Assembly (NCBI GenBank): GCA_038496445.1
Contig: JALMLS010000090.1
Span: 1-40,634 of the forward strand
DNA from: Trichosphaerium sp. ATCC 40318
Lineage: Eukaryota; Protista; Tubulinea
DNA length: 40,634 nucleotides
Direction: 5' to 3'
Below the pieces are notes generated by a model that worked only from the letters and a program-made list of their open reading frames with translations, did not search any database and was not told the DNA's origin. Positions within the stretch are counted from its first letter, which is position 1, and every line of letters begins with the position of its first letter. Both the position numbers and the translations under genes were made by a program. Below, in pieces: positions 9,999 to 19,083 of this stretch.

Positions 9999-11951
9999 TT
10001 ACTCAAACTTGGCTATTTTTTGTTTGAATTCTTCAAAAAGATCATCAAGTTTAACAGGATCAGGTCTTCCTTTCTTCGCATTTCTATCTCGTACATTAAC
10101 TGTTGATGCCTTTTCTTCATTACCACCAACAACCAAGATATAATTATACTGATCAACTTGAGCCTGATGAAAAACAAAAACGTCAATACAAAAATAAACA
10201 GAGAAAAAAAATTGTTCCATAAAAAGCTCGTCTTTGGCCTATCTCGTACACTTCTAATTCTCTTTCCAAATGTCTCACTTCCTCCATGTATATCCACAAA
10301 GTACCCAGCCTTTCTTATTTCTTCTTGTACTTTCTCTGCATAGGCGTAGTGTTCAGGTTTTATTGGAATTACTTTAACTTGTCTAGGTGATAGCCAAAAA
10401 GGCCATTTTCCGTTTGTATGCTCCATTAAAATAGCCATGAAGCGTTCAACCGAACCAAAAATAGCACGATGAATCATCACCTAATAGTGAAATGAATTAA
10501 AGGGCAAGTATAACAACCAGCAGATCAAAAATCTTTCAAACAAAAACAATTAATTTGACATATTTCTTTCTTTAATGGTATTGATGTCAGATCGGGTCAT
10601 TTAAAAATATCAATTGGGCAATTTAAAGAAAACAGCGGAAGAGATGTAATTACGGTCATAACGAGATATTCCGAAATGCCAATAAATAATGTAGTGATTG
10701 AAACAAAACAAGAAAAAGGTGTCTTACCGGTCTTTGTTTTGTATCATCTTCAGCAATATAGTTCAAATCAAATCTCTCAGGTAAGTTAAAGTCTAATTGT
10801 ATAGTTCCACATTGATGCTGCCTTTCCAAAGAATCTGTAAGCACAACATCTATTTTCGGACCATAAAACGCTCCATCTCCAGGGTTGACTTCATAATCAA
10901 TTTTTCGTATTTCTAATGCTTTCTTAAGAGCAGTCTCAGCATCTTCCCATCCTTTTTCATCACCGATTGCTTTCTCTGGACGCGTAGAAAGCCGAACTTT
11001 ATACTTAAATCCGAAAGATGTATAAACACGTGATAAAAAGTCTAAGGTATTTGATACTTCATCTTGGACTTGATCTGGTTTACAAAATATATGCGCATCA
11101 TCTTGACAAAATTGCCTGGGAAGAAATCAGCTTCAATCAATTCAATGTATCGAAACCAAATAGTACCTCAATCTTGTAAGACCTGTAAGACCTCCTCCAA
11201 GCTCATTTCTATGAAGAGGAGAGAAGTCTGCAAGACGCAGAGGCAGATCTCTGTACGAATATGTCGCAGCCTTAAATATCAAAGCATGACCTTAAATAAC
11301 AAAAAAATTAGAATCTAAAAGAACTTTGTTACACAGTACCAGGGCAATTCATAGGTTTAATACCAAGTGTAAGTTTCTCGTCAGTATCAGATCTACGTGT
11401 ATTACTTATATGAAACATATCTTCCTTGTAGTGTGCTGCATGACCCGATTGTTCCCAGAGTTTCCAATCATAAAGAATTGGAGATTTTACTTCTTGGTAT
11501 CCTCTTGTGTTGTATTCTGACCTTATCATGTCTATAAGACCATTGTATATACGTGTTCCGTGAGGTAAGAAGAATGCTCTAGATAATACATGTTACAGAT
11601 AGAAGTGAAACGAATTGCAAAGGCTTCTGTTCATATGACACTTTTTTTTTCCGTTTTTGCAGAAATGATTCTCACGTACGAGCCAGGTGATAACGGGTGA
11701 AACATGAAAAGTTTTTGTCGTTTACCGATACTTCTGTAGTCATTTTCTGGGACTACAACAAGAATGTCATGTTTAAAAACGTGTGAAGTGGTAAATTGTT
11801 TGCTTCCTTTATTTTAGGCTTTAAATTAGTACGTACGTTCTTCTTCAGCGTCAACAACTGTTTTGCACCCATTTCTAATTACTTTTGGTTGAATTTTCGT
11901 ATTAACGCGCCTAGACGCTGATCTGAGCGTAAATTGCGCGATTTTGAGCAT
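9999..11951 (-). CDS. Threonyl-tRNA synthetase, mitochondrial type lacking the N-terminal TGS/editing domain, 6 introns
   Basis: Spliced product MLKIAQFTLRSASRRVNTKIQPKVIRNG...[29 protein letters not shown]...KPMNCPGH...[27 protein letters not shown]...GAFYGPKID...QCGTIQLDF...HRAIFGSVERF, then the anticodon-binding domain. Confidence 0.93.
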
Positions 11952-12061
11952 TCTGAACTGAAGTTAAATTAAATATGATAACAGAGCCTATTTGGATGAA
12001 TTAGTGTCTGAAACTTACATAAACTAGCAAATGCGTGTATAGTGAGGTCAGCGGTCAACCC

Positions 12062-12076
12062 AAACAGCCCTCTGAC
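12062..12076. repeat. LINE target-site duplication (3' side)
   Basis: Identical to 19031-19045. Confidence 0.95.
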
Positions 12077-12100
12077 TGTTGTTGTTGTTGTTGTTTATTG
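12077..12100 (-). repeat. LINE 3' tail: AATAAA then about six (CAA/ACA) units
   Basis: Plus strand tgttgttgttgttgttgtttattg directly abuts the TSD. Confidence 0.9.
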
Positions 12101-12386
12101 TTTAGTGTCTGGGGATGACTTAACTGGGCGCAATGCAGGCCGCTATGAGTGATTCGCCACCCACCCGACATAGCCGTAAGGCTTACAATAAGAAATTTTA
12201 AAAAAAGAAGAAAAAATCCAAAAAACAGAGAAAATGTCAGAGGAAAACTACTGAGAAAAACCTCTATCCTGCAGGAAAAGCCTCCCTAGGCATAAAAACC
12301 TGCCCGCTACCCACTGTATGTTCCTATCCATCCAACCATATTCTTTTACATAGTCTTTTATGTTCATTCATTTATCCATTCCTAGT

Positions 12387-15300
12387 CTACGGTCCCAAAG
12401 GGGTCGTAGGCTTCCAATTACCTCTTGCAACACTTCTACCTCTATCTTTTCTAATTTTAGCTTCCACTTTACATCTATTTCTATATTTCCGGTACATTAG
12501 AGTCATATACGCCCTATTTATCATTCCAGTAGCTTCCTTTGCCTTAGATTCCTCTAATCCCAATACATCAGCCACCCGTTCAGTCATGCCTTTCATGACC
12601 CATCCTTGGGATGTGCGGAATGAGAAATTATCATTTCTATCTGTATCAACCCCCCAGAACTCTGCCAACTCTTTTGCACGTTGTATAATTGGCATGTTTA
12701 GATGCATATCCTGATTCATCTGTGCCCGTATATCATCGGCCCTAACATCACAGGTTCCCAATAGAGCCACTTCTCTCATTTCATTAGAGACTCGCCACGT
12801 TTGCATCATATCTGGCAACACGAATTCGTTTCCTTTTATATGTGAAGTCACCACTGCTCTGTTGGCATCTGATTCTTCCCATGATCCTTTAGCAACCTTA
12901 CACGTAAGTATATGTAACAATATACGTGCCACGTGAGTGACAAAAAGTTTACAAAAATCAAAATTGCTATTTTTGCATAACACAAAGTGTTGATAATCCT
13001 CCGTAGCTATAGTTCCTTCCTCCTCGCATACTCCACAATGGTTGTATGGGTACATAATTCGGTTTCTCTTGGTCCACAATGATTCGTGTTTACCTACTCT
13101 AGCCGTATTGTGACACGCTTTATTTAACCTAAGTGCATTGTTCCGTACTCTAAAAACAAAAACTTTAATAGCAGCTTGTGCATACGTACTTTCAGGAAAG
13201 TAAGACTCCTTATATAAAATATTTTCTCTAGTACGCCCGTTTGATATTGCTACAAGTTCCATTTCCTGCAGTTTATCATATTCTCCTTCGTTTCGGAATT
13301 CCAGCCATGGATCGTGAAACACCTTATTACCATTCCGTTTGTTTTCCATACGCCATTCTGGGGCGCCTACCGGTATAGCTATCGTGTTTATGAGTGATTC
13401 TCCCTGTGTTGGCAATTCGGCAGCGCCAGCTGCCCAATCAGCCATTTCATTAAGTTTTTGGAATTGATCTATTTCATCATTGCTAAACCTTGCCAATAGT
13501 TTTTCTCGTACTTTCTTCGCTTTTGTTTCTTTAACTACACTTGTGTTTACGTGACTTGGGTAGAAAATTAGTTCTGTGGAAGTTCCATTCCTTTTTCTTT
13601 CCTTCATGATACTATCTATACGAGTTAAAGTATGGTTATACTTACACTTGAATAGTTCTACTCTAGTCATCTTCTCGAAGTTATCCACAAGTTGTTTTGC
13701 TCCTAAGGAGTCCGTAATATTTATAATATTGGATTCCACTGGTGACGCCTTCACTGCCAATTCTATAGCTTCTAACTCTGCCCCTGTGGAGTCATCGTGA
13801 AAAAGAGTAGCTGCTTTTGAGCATGATTTCTTGTTGTTAGCGAAAGCCACTGCAGATGAAGCGATTTTATTATTAATAACGCTTCCATCTGTGCCGATGA
13901 CAAATTTCCGTATTCCATCTTCAGTAATAGAGAAGACAAAACTTTCAAAAACTTCTTTTGAGTACCTAGCTATATTTGGTTGTGCACGTGGACCATCGTT
14001 AAAACGCACTTCCCAGACTGATTTTTTAAGCAGTTTCTTTATACATTCCTTCTCTTTGTTAGCATTTATAGTGAGTTTAGGCATAATTTCTTCTGTATTG
14101 AGTACGTCCTTTAGTGCAGTTTTTACGTACATCATACGTTGTATATCTTTTAAATCTCGGAGTCCTAGTCCAGCTAGCCTGGACTGGACTCTACATTCAT
14201 ATGATCGTGTGTCTACTTTAGCACTATAGAATATTGTGGTGCATGCCAACTTATTCCATTTTTTAATCCATTCGTTTGGAATAATAATTGCACCCATGGT
14301 AAAACTGATTTTCGCCATTACCGCTTGATTAATTAAAATAACTCGTTGTCTGGTGGTGAACAATCTAGACTTGACAATACCAATTTGTGTACGGAAGGCC
14401 TTATCTAGTTCGAGATAATGTGTTTTGAAATTCATATCTAGACATGTATGAATTCCTAGATATTTATAGCACCTATTTGGTTCCAGTTCTTCTATTGGTT
14501 TGTTACGCCATTCCAAAAAGGCCACGTCATTTACTGTTCGCTTTACAGATCTTCTAATTGTGATAGCACATTTTTTAGGATTGACATTGACCTTAAAATG
14601 GGTACAAAACTTAGTAATAATCGTGAACATGTTTTTCATGTCAAGTAATGACTTAGCTAGTAAGACTATATCATCTGCGTATCCTGAGGCTGGTATTCGT
14701 TTTTTATTACGTTGCATGATATATCCATATCCCTCTTGTTCAATTTTAAGCAATATAAGATTAATAAATAGATCCCAGATTGTTGGGGAAATAATATCAC
14801 CCTGTCTGGTACCTCTATTAATGTTAATATCTACCTCACCGACTGGGATTTTTATCGTGGCTCTAAGCCCACTGTATATCGCCATTATACCTGTAATAAG
14901 GTGCTCAGGTACCTTATGGAACCTAAGTATGGCTTCGACTGCCCAGTGAGGTATGGAATCATACGCTTTACGTAGATCTATAAATAAAGCAATGAGGTCT
15001 TTATCATATTCGTTTGCATCATTCAGTGTACTAAAGAAAAGTTTATGCGCCATGTATATGGATCTATTACGGACAAATCCAAATTGTAGCTTTGACATAA
15101 GTTTGTTCTCGCTAATATGTCTATTTAGATCATTAGTAAGTATACGAGAATAAATCTTATACTCAGAATCAAGTAATGCTATCGGTCTAAACGCAAACAC
15201 GTCCTTTTTACTGCTTTTTGGAAGCATAACTATCAAACTCTTACACCATGCCCTTGGCATTAGCGAATTATTATAGGCATAATTAAATAGTACCACAAGC

Positions 15301-17318
15301 ATATCCACTAATTGGTATGGAATGCATTTAAATATTCTTGATCCAATACCTGACTCACCAGGTGCTTTGTACGATGCTAATTGTTCCGCTGCTTCACGGA
15401 AAGTTTTCCTATTTATAGGAAAACTTCCTTCTACTTCTTTGATATCTTCATCCGGTGTAGGAAGTTCTACATCAAACGGGAGTTCTGTATCATTTGGATT
15501 TCTAACCCTCTCCCCAGAACAAAAAAGTCCACCCCATTTCCTTTTGAACTCATCCGCTATCTCTTCATTATCGGCTAAATAATTCTTATCTGAATTTTCC
15601 ACAACTTCATCTCCTTCCCAGTAATCTGTGTTTGGTGTAAGATATTCTGGGAAGTGGATTTGTCCAGATTGTTCATTACGAAGTTTGCGCATCCTGGCAA
15701 ATAACGGTCTACCTCTCATTTTCATACACCTACTAGCACATTTCCTAACATATTTAGTTTTAATTTTACGACGGATTGTTCTTTTTTGGTACGACAGACT
15801 GCGTAATATAGCAGCAACTGCAATGACTCCTTGTTCTACCGTGTCAATGGTTTCATCTTTCCATTCTTCAATCTTGAGCGAGTTACCTAACCTTCGTATT
15901 TCTCTAAACGTATCTCCTGTACGGTTTCTATTTTTTCGTGTGATCCTGATACGTAACGCTATTGCGTACCTGGAGTTTGTTTTTAACCTATTCAGTGCAG
16001 GCGACTTATCAATAAATGATTGTAAGGTACGACAATTCATTTCTTGAGTACCCAAAGCCGTACCAAGGTATTCATATAAATCTTCGTTAAGACCGTCCAC
16101 AAACTTAGTCCAGTGTTCTAGTGCATCTAGAGGGTCCTTCTCCGCTACTGCCTTATCATAGCTTTCCATGGTTTCTTTTTTGATTTTGTTTTTTATACAA
16201 CCCCATTCCAACTTCATTTTTAAGTCTGCTGTCGTAATGTTTCTTTCTTGGAGGCGTTTAAACACTGGTCTGACACGTGGTTCTACCTTACGTCTTATTA
16301 CCTTGGTTTGCATGAAGAGCCCAATAGGATGATGGTCTGATTCTAGGATATCGTCATCCTCTAATATAGTAGATGAGATAGATTCAAACGGATATTCATT
16401 TGAAACCAAGAAATAATCAATACGAGACTTATTGTTGTATGTATATTCAGGGATTTCTTCATTAAATCGTTTGAAAGGTTCCCATAAATCTAATTCGTTT
16501 ATCAACTTCCATACAAGCTTAGAGTTCCTTAAAGCTCGACTGTTCTTATTTTTAACATCTCTATGAGACAACGGAATATTCCAGTCTCCTCCAATGATGA
16601 TACGTTTACTGCTAACATCGTTTTTTAAGCACCATTGTGGTATTAGGACTCTGAGTTTATCTATCTGTTCCTTCTTAGCTTTGTCTGTGTAGGCATCTAT
16701 ATAAACATTTACTATTAGTGTTTTTTGTTCATTCGACCCTCTACTATTTATAACTACCGGAAGAAATACTTTATTACTGCACTTTACCTTGACGCTGCCG
16801 AAGGCAAGCGTCTTGCTGACAAGGGTGATAACACCACCTTGAGGTCTACCCGAGCTATTAAGATATTCGTACTCTTTAACAAATTCTTCCTTTTCCATGC
16901 TGATGAGTTTTTCTTTTATTTCATTAATCTCAATTTTATGTCGTTTGGCGAAAGCTTGTTCACGATGTTTAACATTGATTCTATCCGCTATTTCTTTGCT
17001 AACTAAGTTATGGTGTATAGTATAATTAGGCACGTTTTTTTCGAATTCTGGAAGCAGGTACTTAATATCTTCACTCGTACAGTGACATTCTTGTAACATC
17101 ATGACGTCTGGTTCATATTCCTCTAAAAACTGAATAATTTCTCGAAACTTACCTTGTACACCAGCCTGTGATAAGTTTACAGATACTATCGTGAGTTTGT
17201 GATCCTTGTCAATCGTTTTATCTTTCTGTGTGTTTGTATCGTTAGAGTTGGACGTTAATGGGATGGTATTTGGGTTAGATTCAGAATTAACGTTAATGTT
17301 AGATTCTATGTTAGACAT
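12387..17318 (-). CDS. LINE ORF2: APE endonuclease, reverse transcriptase, RNase H and C-terminal CCHC-type zinc finger (1643 aa)
   Basis: APE motifs SVN, LQE, GGDWN, SRIDYFL, SDH; RT motifs KAPG, FRPIALL, QFGF, FIDLRKAYDS, RQGDIISP, YADD, YKYLG; RNase H motifs TDGS, AELEAI, TDS, H, NEMAD; CGVC...HFVLC. Confidence 0.96.
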   Translation of the reverse strand: MSNIESNINVNSESNPNTIPLTSNSNDTNTQKDKTIDKDHKLTIVSVNLSQAGVQGKFREIIQFLEEYEPDVMMLQECHCTSEDIKYLLPEFEKNVPNYTIHHNLVSKEIADRINVKHREQAFAKRHKIEINEIKEKLISMEKEEFVKEYEYLNSSGRPQGGVITLVSKTLAFGSVKVKCSNKVFLPVVINSRGSNEQKTLIVNVYIDAYTDKAKKEQIDKLRVLIPQWCLKNDVSSKRIIIGGDWNIPLSHRDVKNKNSRALRNSKLVWKLINELDLWEPFKRFNEEIPEYTYNNKSRIDYFLVSNEYPFESISSTILEDDDILESDHHPIGLFMQTKVIRRKVEPRVRPVFKRLQERNITTADLKMKLEWGCIKNKIKKETMESYDKAVAEKDPLDALEHWTKFVDGLNEDLYEYLGTALGTQEMNCRTLQSFIDKSPALNRLKTNSRYAIALRIRITRKNRNRTGDTFREIRRLGNSLKIEEWKDETIDTVEQGVIAVAAILRSLSYQKRTIRRKIKTKYVRKCASRCMKMRGRPLFARMRKLRNEQSGQIHFPEYLTPNTDYWEGDEVVENSDKNYLADNEEIADEFKRKWGGLFCSGERVRNPNDTELPFDVELPTPDEDIKEVEGSFPINRKTFREAAEQLASYKAPGESGIGSRIFKCIPYQLVDMLVVLFNYAYNNSLMPRAWCKSLIVMLPKSSKKDVFAFRPIALLDSEYKIYSRILTNDLNRHISENKLMSKLQFGFVRNRSIYMAHKLFFSTLNDANEYDKDLIALFIDLRKAYDSIPHWAVEAILRFHKVPEHLITGIMAIYSGLRATIKIPVGEVDININRGTRQGDIISPTIWDLFINLILLKIEQEGYGYIMQRNKKRIPASGYADDIVLLAKSLLDMKNMFTIITKFCTHFKVNVNPKKCAITIRRSVKRTVNDVAFLEWRNKPIEELEPNRCYKYLGIHTCLDMNFKTHYLELDKAFRTQIGIVKSRLFTTRQRVILINQAVMAKISFTMGAIIIPNEWIKKWNKLACTTIFYSAKVDTRSYECRVQSRLAGLGLRDLKDIQRMMYVKTALKDVLNTEEIMPKLTINANKEKECIKKLLKKSVWEVRFNDGPRAQPNIARYSKEVFESFVFSITEDGIRKFVIGTDGSVINNKIASSAVAFANNKKSCSKAATLFHDDSTGAELEAIELAVKASPVESNIINITDSLGAKQLVDNFEKMTRVELFKCKYNHTLTRIDSIMKERKRNGTSTELIFYPSHVNTSVVKETKAKKVREKLLARFSNDEIDQFQKLNEMADWAAGAAELPTQGESLINTIAIPVGAPEWRMENKRNGNKVFHDPWLEFRNEGEYDKLQEMELVAISNGRTRENILYKESYFPESTYAQAAIKVFVFRVRNNALRLNKACHNTARVGKHESLWTKRNRIMYPYNHCGVCEEEGTIATEDYQHFVLCKNSNFDFCKLFVTHVARILLHILTCKVAKGSWEESDANRAVVTSHIKGNEFVLPDMMQTWRVSNEMREVALLGTCDVRADDIRAQMNQDMHLNMPIIQRAKELAEFWGVDTDRNDNFSFRTSQGWVMKGMTERVADVLGLEESKAKEATGMINRAYMTLMYRKYRNRCKVEAKIRKDRGRSVARGNWKPTTPLGP

Positions 17319-17347
17319 AATAATTAATTAATTAAAATATTGATTTA

Positions 17348-18820
17348 TTATGTGAACACGAATCTTAACGCCAAACCTATACCCCATTTAAGTTGTCCTG
17401 CGTCTATAGCACGCAATTTCTCCTCCTGGGTGGCAAACGTTACAAAACAGGCAGTACCAAAAGCTCCAGTCCTATTGTCACGGCTTTTCTTCATCGCGAT
17501 AATGCGTATACCAAATAATTTCTCTACCTGGTTCATAAACAATCCAGTTTTAAAACCAGCGAGCTGTGCCGGGTCAAACCGTATAAGTACAGCTTTAGGA
17601 GCACCCTTAGCTGTTGCTTGGTTAATGGACACTTCCCAATCACCACAAAACCCACAGTTATTATGTCTAGCTTCAGCGAAGGCTTCCGAGTTAGGAAATT
17701 CAATCCAAACTTTAGCGTAGACAGGACATTCTTCGTTACGAGCATATCTATTGATACCCATGTTGATAACTGTGATATCACCGGCATCATAATATACTTC
17801 CTTCAATCCCTCGCGTACATCTATAGCTGTAACACCTTCTTCAAGATCGTCAATATAGAACATACGTTTGAAATCTATATCTCTTCCGTCAACGTCCTTA
17901 TTGAAGATTTGAATACGTTCAACCGCTTCGATAGGAACATCACAAATAGTGATCACAAACTTACGCATCTCTTCCGTTTTAACGGAGAAAACCAAATCTC
18001 GGTTGGGTTTAAGATACGCTGATCCACAGTGTACCGCTCTGCGCCATCTACGTTGTTCATCTGTCACTTGTCCTCCTTTATCTGTGACATTGCTGACTTT
18101 AAAAAGAGAGGCCCAATTTCCTCTACGAACGTCTTCAGGGAAGTTCGGGATACGTAACCAGAACGCTTTTGCTTTACGTATTAATTCCTCTGAGCAGACA
18201 GAACTTTGTTTCTCAAAAGCTGGCGTTGAGATAATAAGTTTATGTAGCTTCCGTTCCTCATCTCTAGTCGCCATACCATTGTTAATCGCTTTGCGACGAT
18301 CACGTCCCTCTTTAGATAATAAGGCTTTGGCTTCTTCCTCAACAATCTTCATATTTGCCTTATTTTTTTGTACTGACGGTCTTAGCGGTCCAGCTACTAT
18401 CGTTTTTGCTCGTAGGGTGCGTCTACTGACCACTTTGGTGCTATTTATTCCCGTACGTGGTTTCTTTGTTGTACGATCGGTAATATCCTCTCTATCTCCA
18501 TCTCTAGACCGCTTACGTGTGTTCTTCGGTTTTTCAAAATCATCGTCGGAATCATCTGAGCCTTTTGTTACTTCGTTTTCGAAAAGACGTTCTTTGGGTT
18601 CCATTTCACCATCCCCCTCTCCACCGTTGTCTTCATTCATCGCCGCTATTACCGCAACCGTATCTCCAACAGACTCCAATATCTCTACTTCTTCAATTTT
18701 ATCTCCCATAACTACGTCACCATCTTCATTCGTATCCAAAACGATGTCTTCAGCCACTTTAGGAGCAGGCGATGTCGATTTTGACAAATCGTCTTCCAAT
18801 ACTCCATCTACTTTACTCAT
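17348..18820 (-). CDS. LINE ORF1: acidic/basic disordered N-terminus plus RRM-like domains (first ATG 18820, ~490 aa)
   Basis: FYIDDL...AKVWIEF and GTACFVTFATQEEKLRAI resemble RNP2/RNP1; basic NLS-like KPKNTRKRSR and KKPR; upstream of ORF2 within the TSD-bounded element. Confidence 0.85.
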   Translation of the reverse strand: MSKVDGVLEDDLSKSTSPAPKVAEDIVLDTNEDGDVVMGDKIEEVEILESVGDTVAVIAAMNEDNGGEGDGEMEPKERLFENEVTKGSDDSDDDFEKPKNTRKRSRDGDREDITDRTTKKPRTGINSTKVVSRRTLRAKTIVAGPLRPSVQKNKANMKIVEEEAKALLSKEGRDRRKAINNGMATRDEERKLHKLIISTPAFEKQSSVCSEELIRKAKAFWLRIPNFPEDVRRGNWASLFKVSNVTDKGGQVTDEQRRWRRAVHCGSAYLKPNRDLVFSVKTEEMRKFVITICDVPIEAVERIQIFNKDVDGRDIDFKRMFYIDDLEEGVTAIDVREGLKEVYYDAGDITVINMGINRYARNEECPVYAKVWIEFPNSEAFAEARHNNCGFCGDWEVSINQATAKGAPKAVLIRFDPAQLAGFKTGLFMNQVEKLFGIRIIAMKKSRDNRTGAFGTACFVTFATQEEKLRAIDAGQLKWGIGLALRFVFT

Positions 18821-19030
18821 ACTACAAAAACTATTACTACAAGAGAGATCTAACACCAAAGAAAACAAACAAAAAATACTACTACCGACTGCATATAAGC
18901 CTGTACGGTATAGTATACGTCTCCGTTTTGACGTGTAAACAATATAAAACTCATGCTTGCCTTTGGTATTAATGATCTCTCAATTCTACTCAGGACTTGT
19001 TGCAACTCTCGCGAAAGTTAAGTCCCCCCT

Positions 19031-19045
19031 AAACAGCCCTCTGAC
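19031..19045. repeat. LINE target-site duplication (5' side)
   Basis: Identical to 12062-12076. Confidence 0.95.
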
Positions 19046-19074
19046 ACAAACATTAAGCGAACGTGCATTCTTAT

Positions 19075-19083
19075 GACCAATCA
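19075..19083 (+). promoter_or_regulatory. Candidate CCAAT box
   Basis: GACCAATCA about 55 bp upstream of the ATG at 19135. Confidence 0.35.

Larger units (their letters stand above)
12077..19030 (-). mobile_element. Full-length non-LTR retrotransposon (LINE) with APE endonuclease, RT and RNase H
   Basis: 15-bp TSD AAACAGCCCTCTGAC at 12062-12076 and 19031-19045; two intact intronless ORFs; 3' AATAAA followed by a (CAA)n tail. Confidence 0.96.

Noticed and set aside
11974-12011. C/D-box snoRNA (ATGATAA...CTGA)
   Set aside because: Too short (~38 nt), imperfect C box, no terminal stem, and it lies in the ThrRS promoter/5' UTR.
12055-12065. CAACCCAAAC resembling a ciliate-type telomerase RNA template in the target-site loop
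   Set aside because: Only a 10-nt resemblance; no knowledge of the host telomere repeat and no supporting pseudoknot or terminator.
12101-12190. HDV-, twister- or hammerhead-like ribozyme at the LINE ends (GGCGAAU and UAAC...CAAUGC fragments)
   Set aside because: The required pseudoknot partners and catalytic cores could not be assembled on either strand.
17949-18938. 329-aa plus-strand ORF inside the LINE
   Set aside because: Antisense shadow of ORF1; Ser/Leu/Phe-rich with no motifs. The plus-strand ORFs at 13576-17720 are likewise shadows of ORF2/ORF1.
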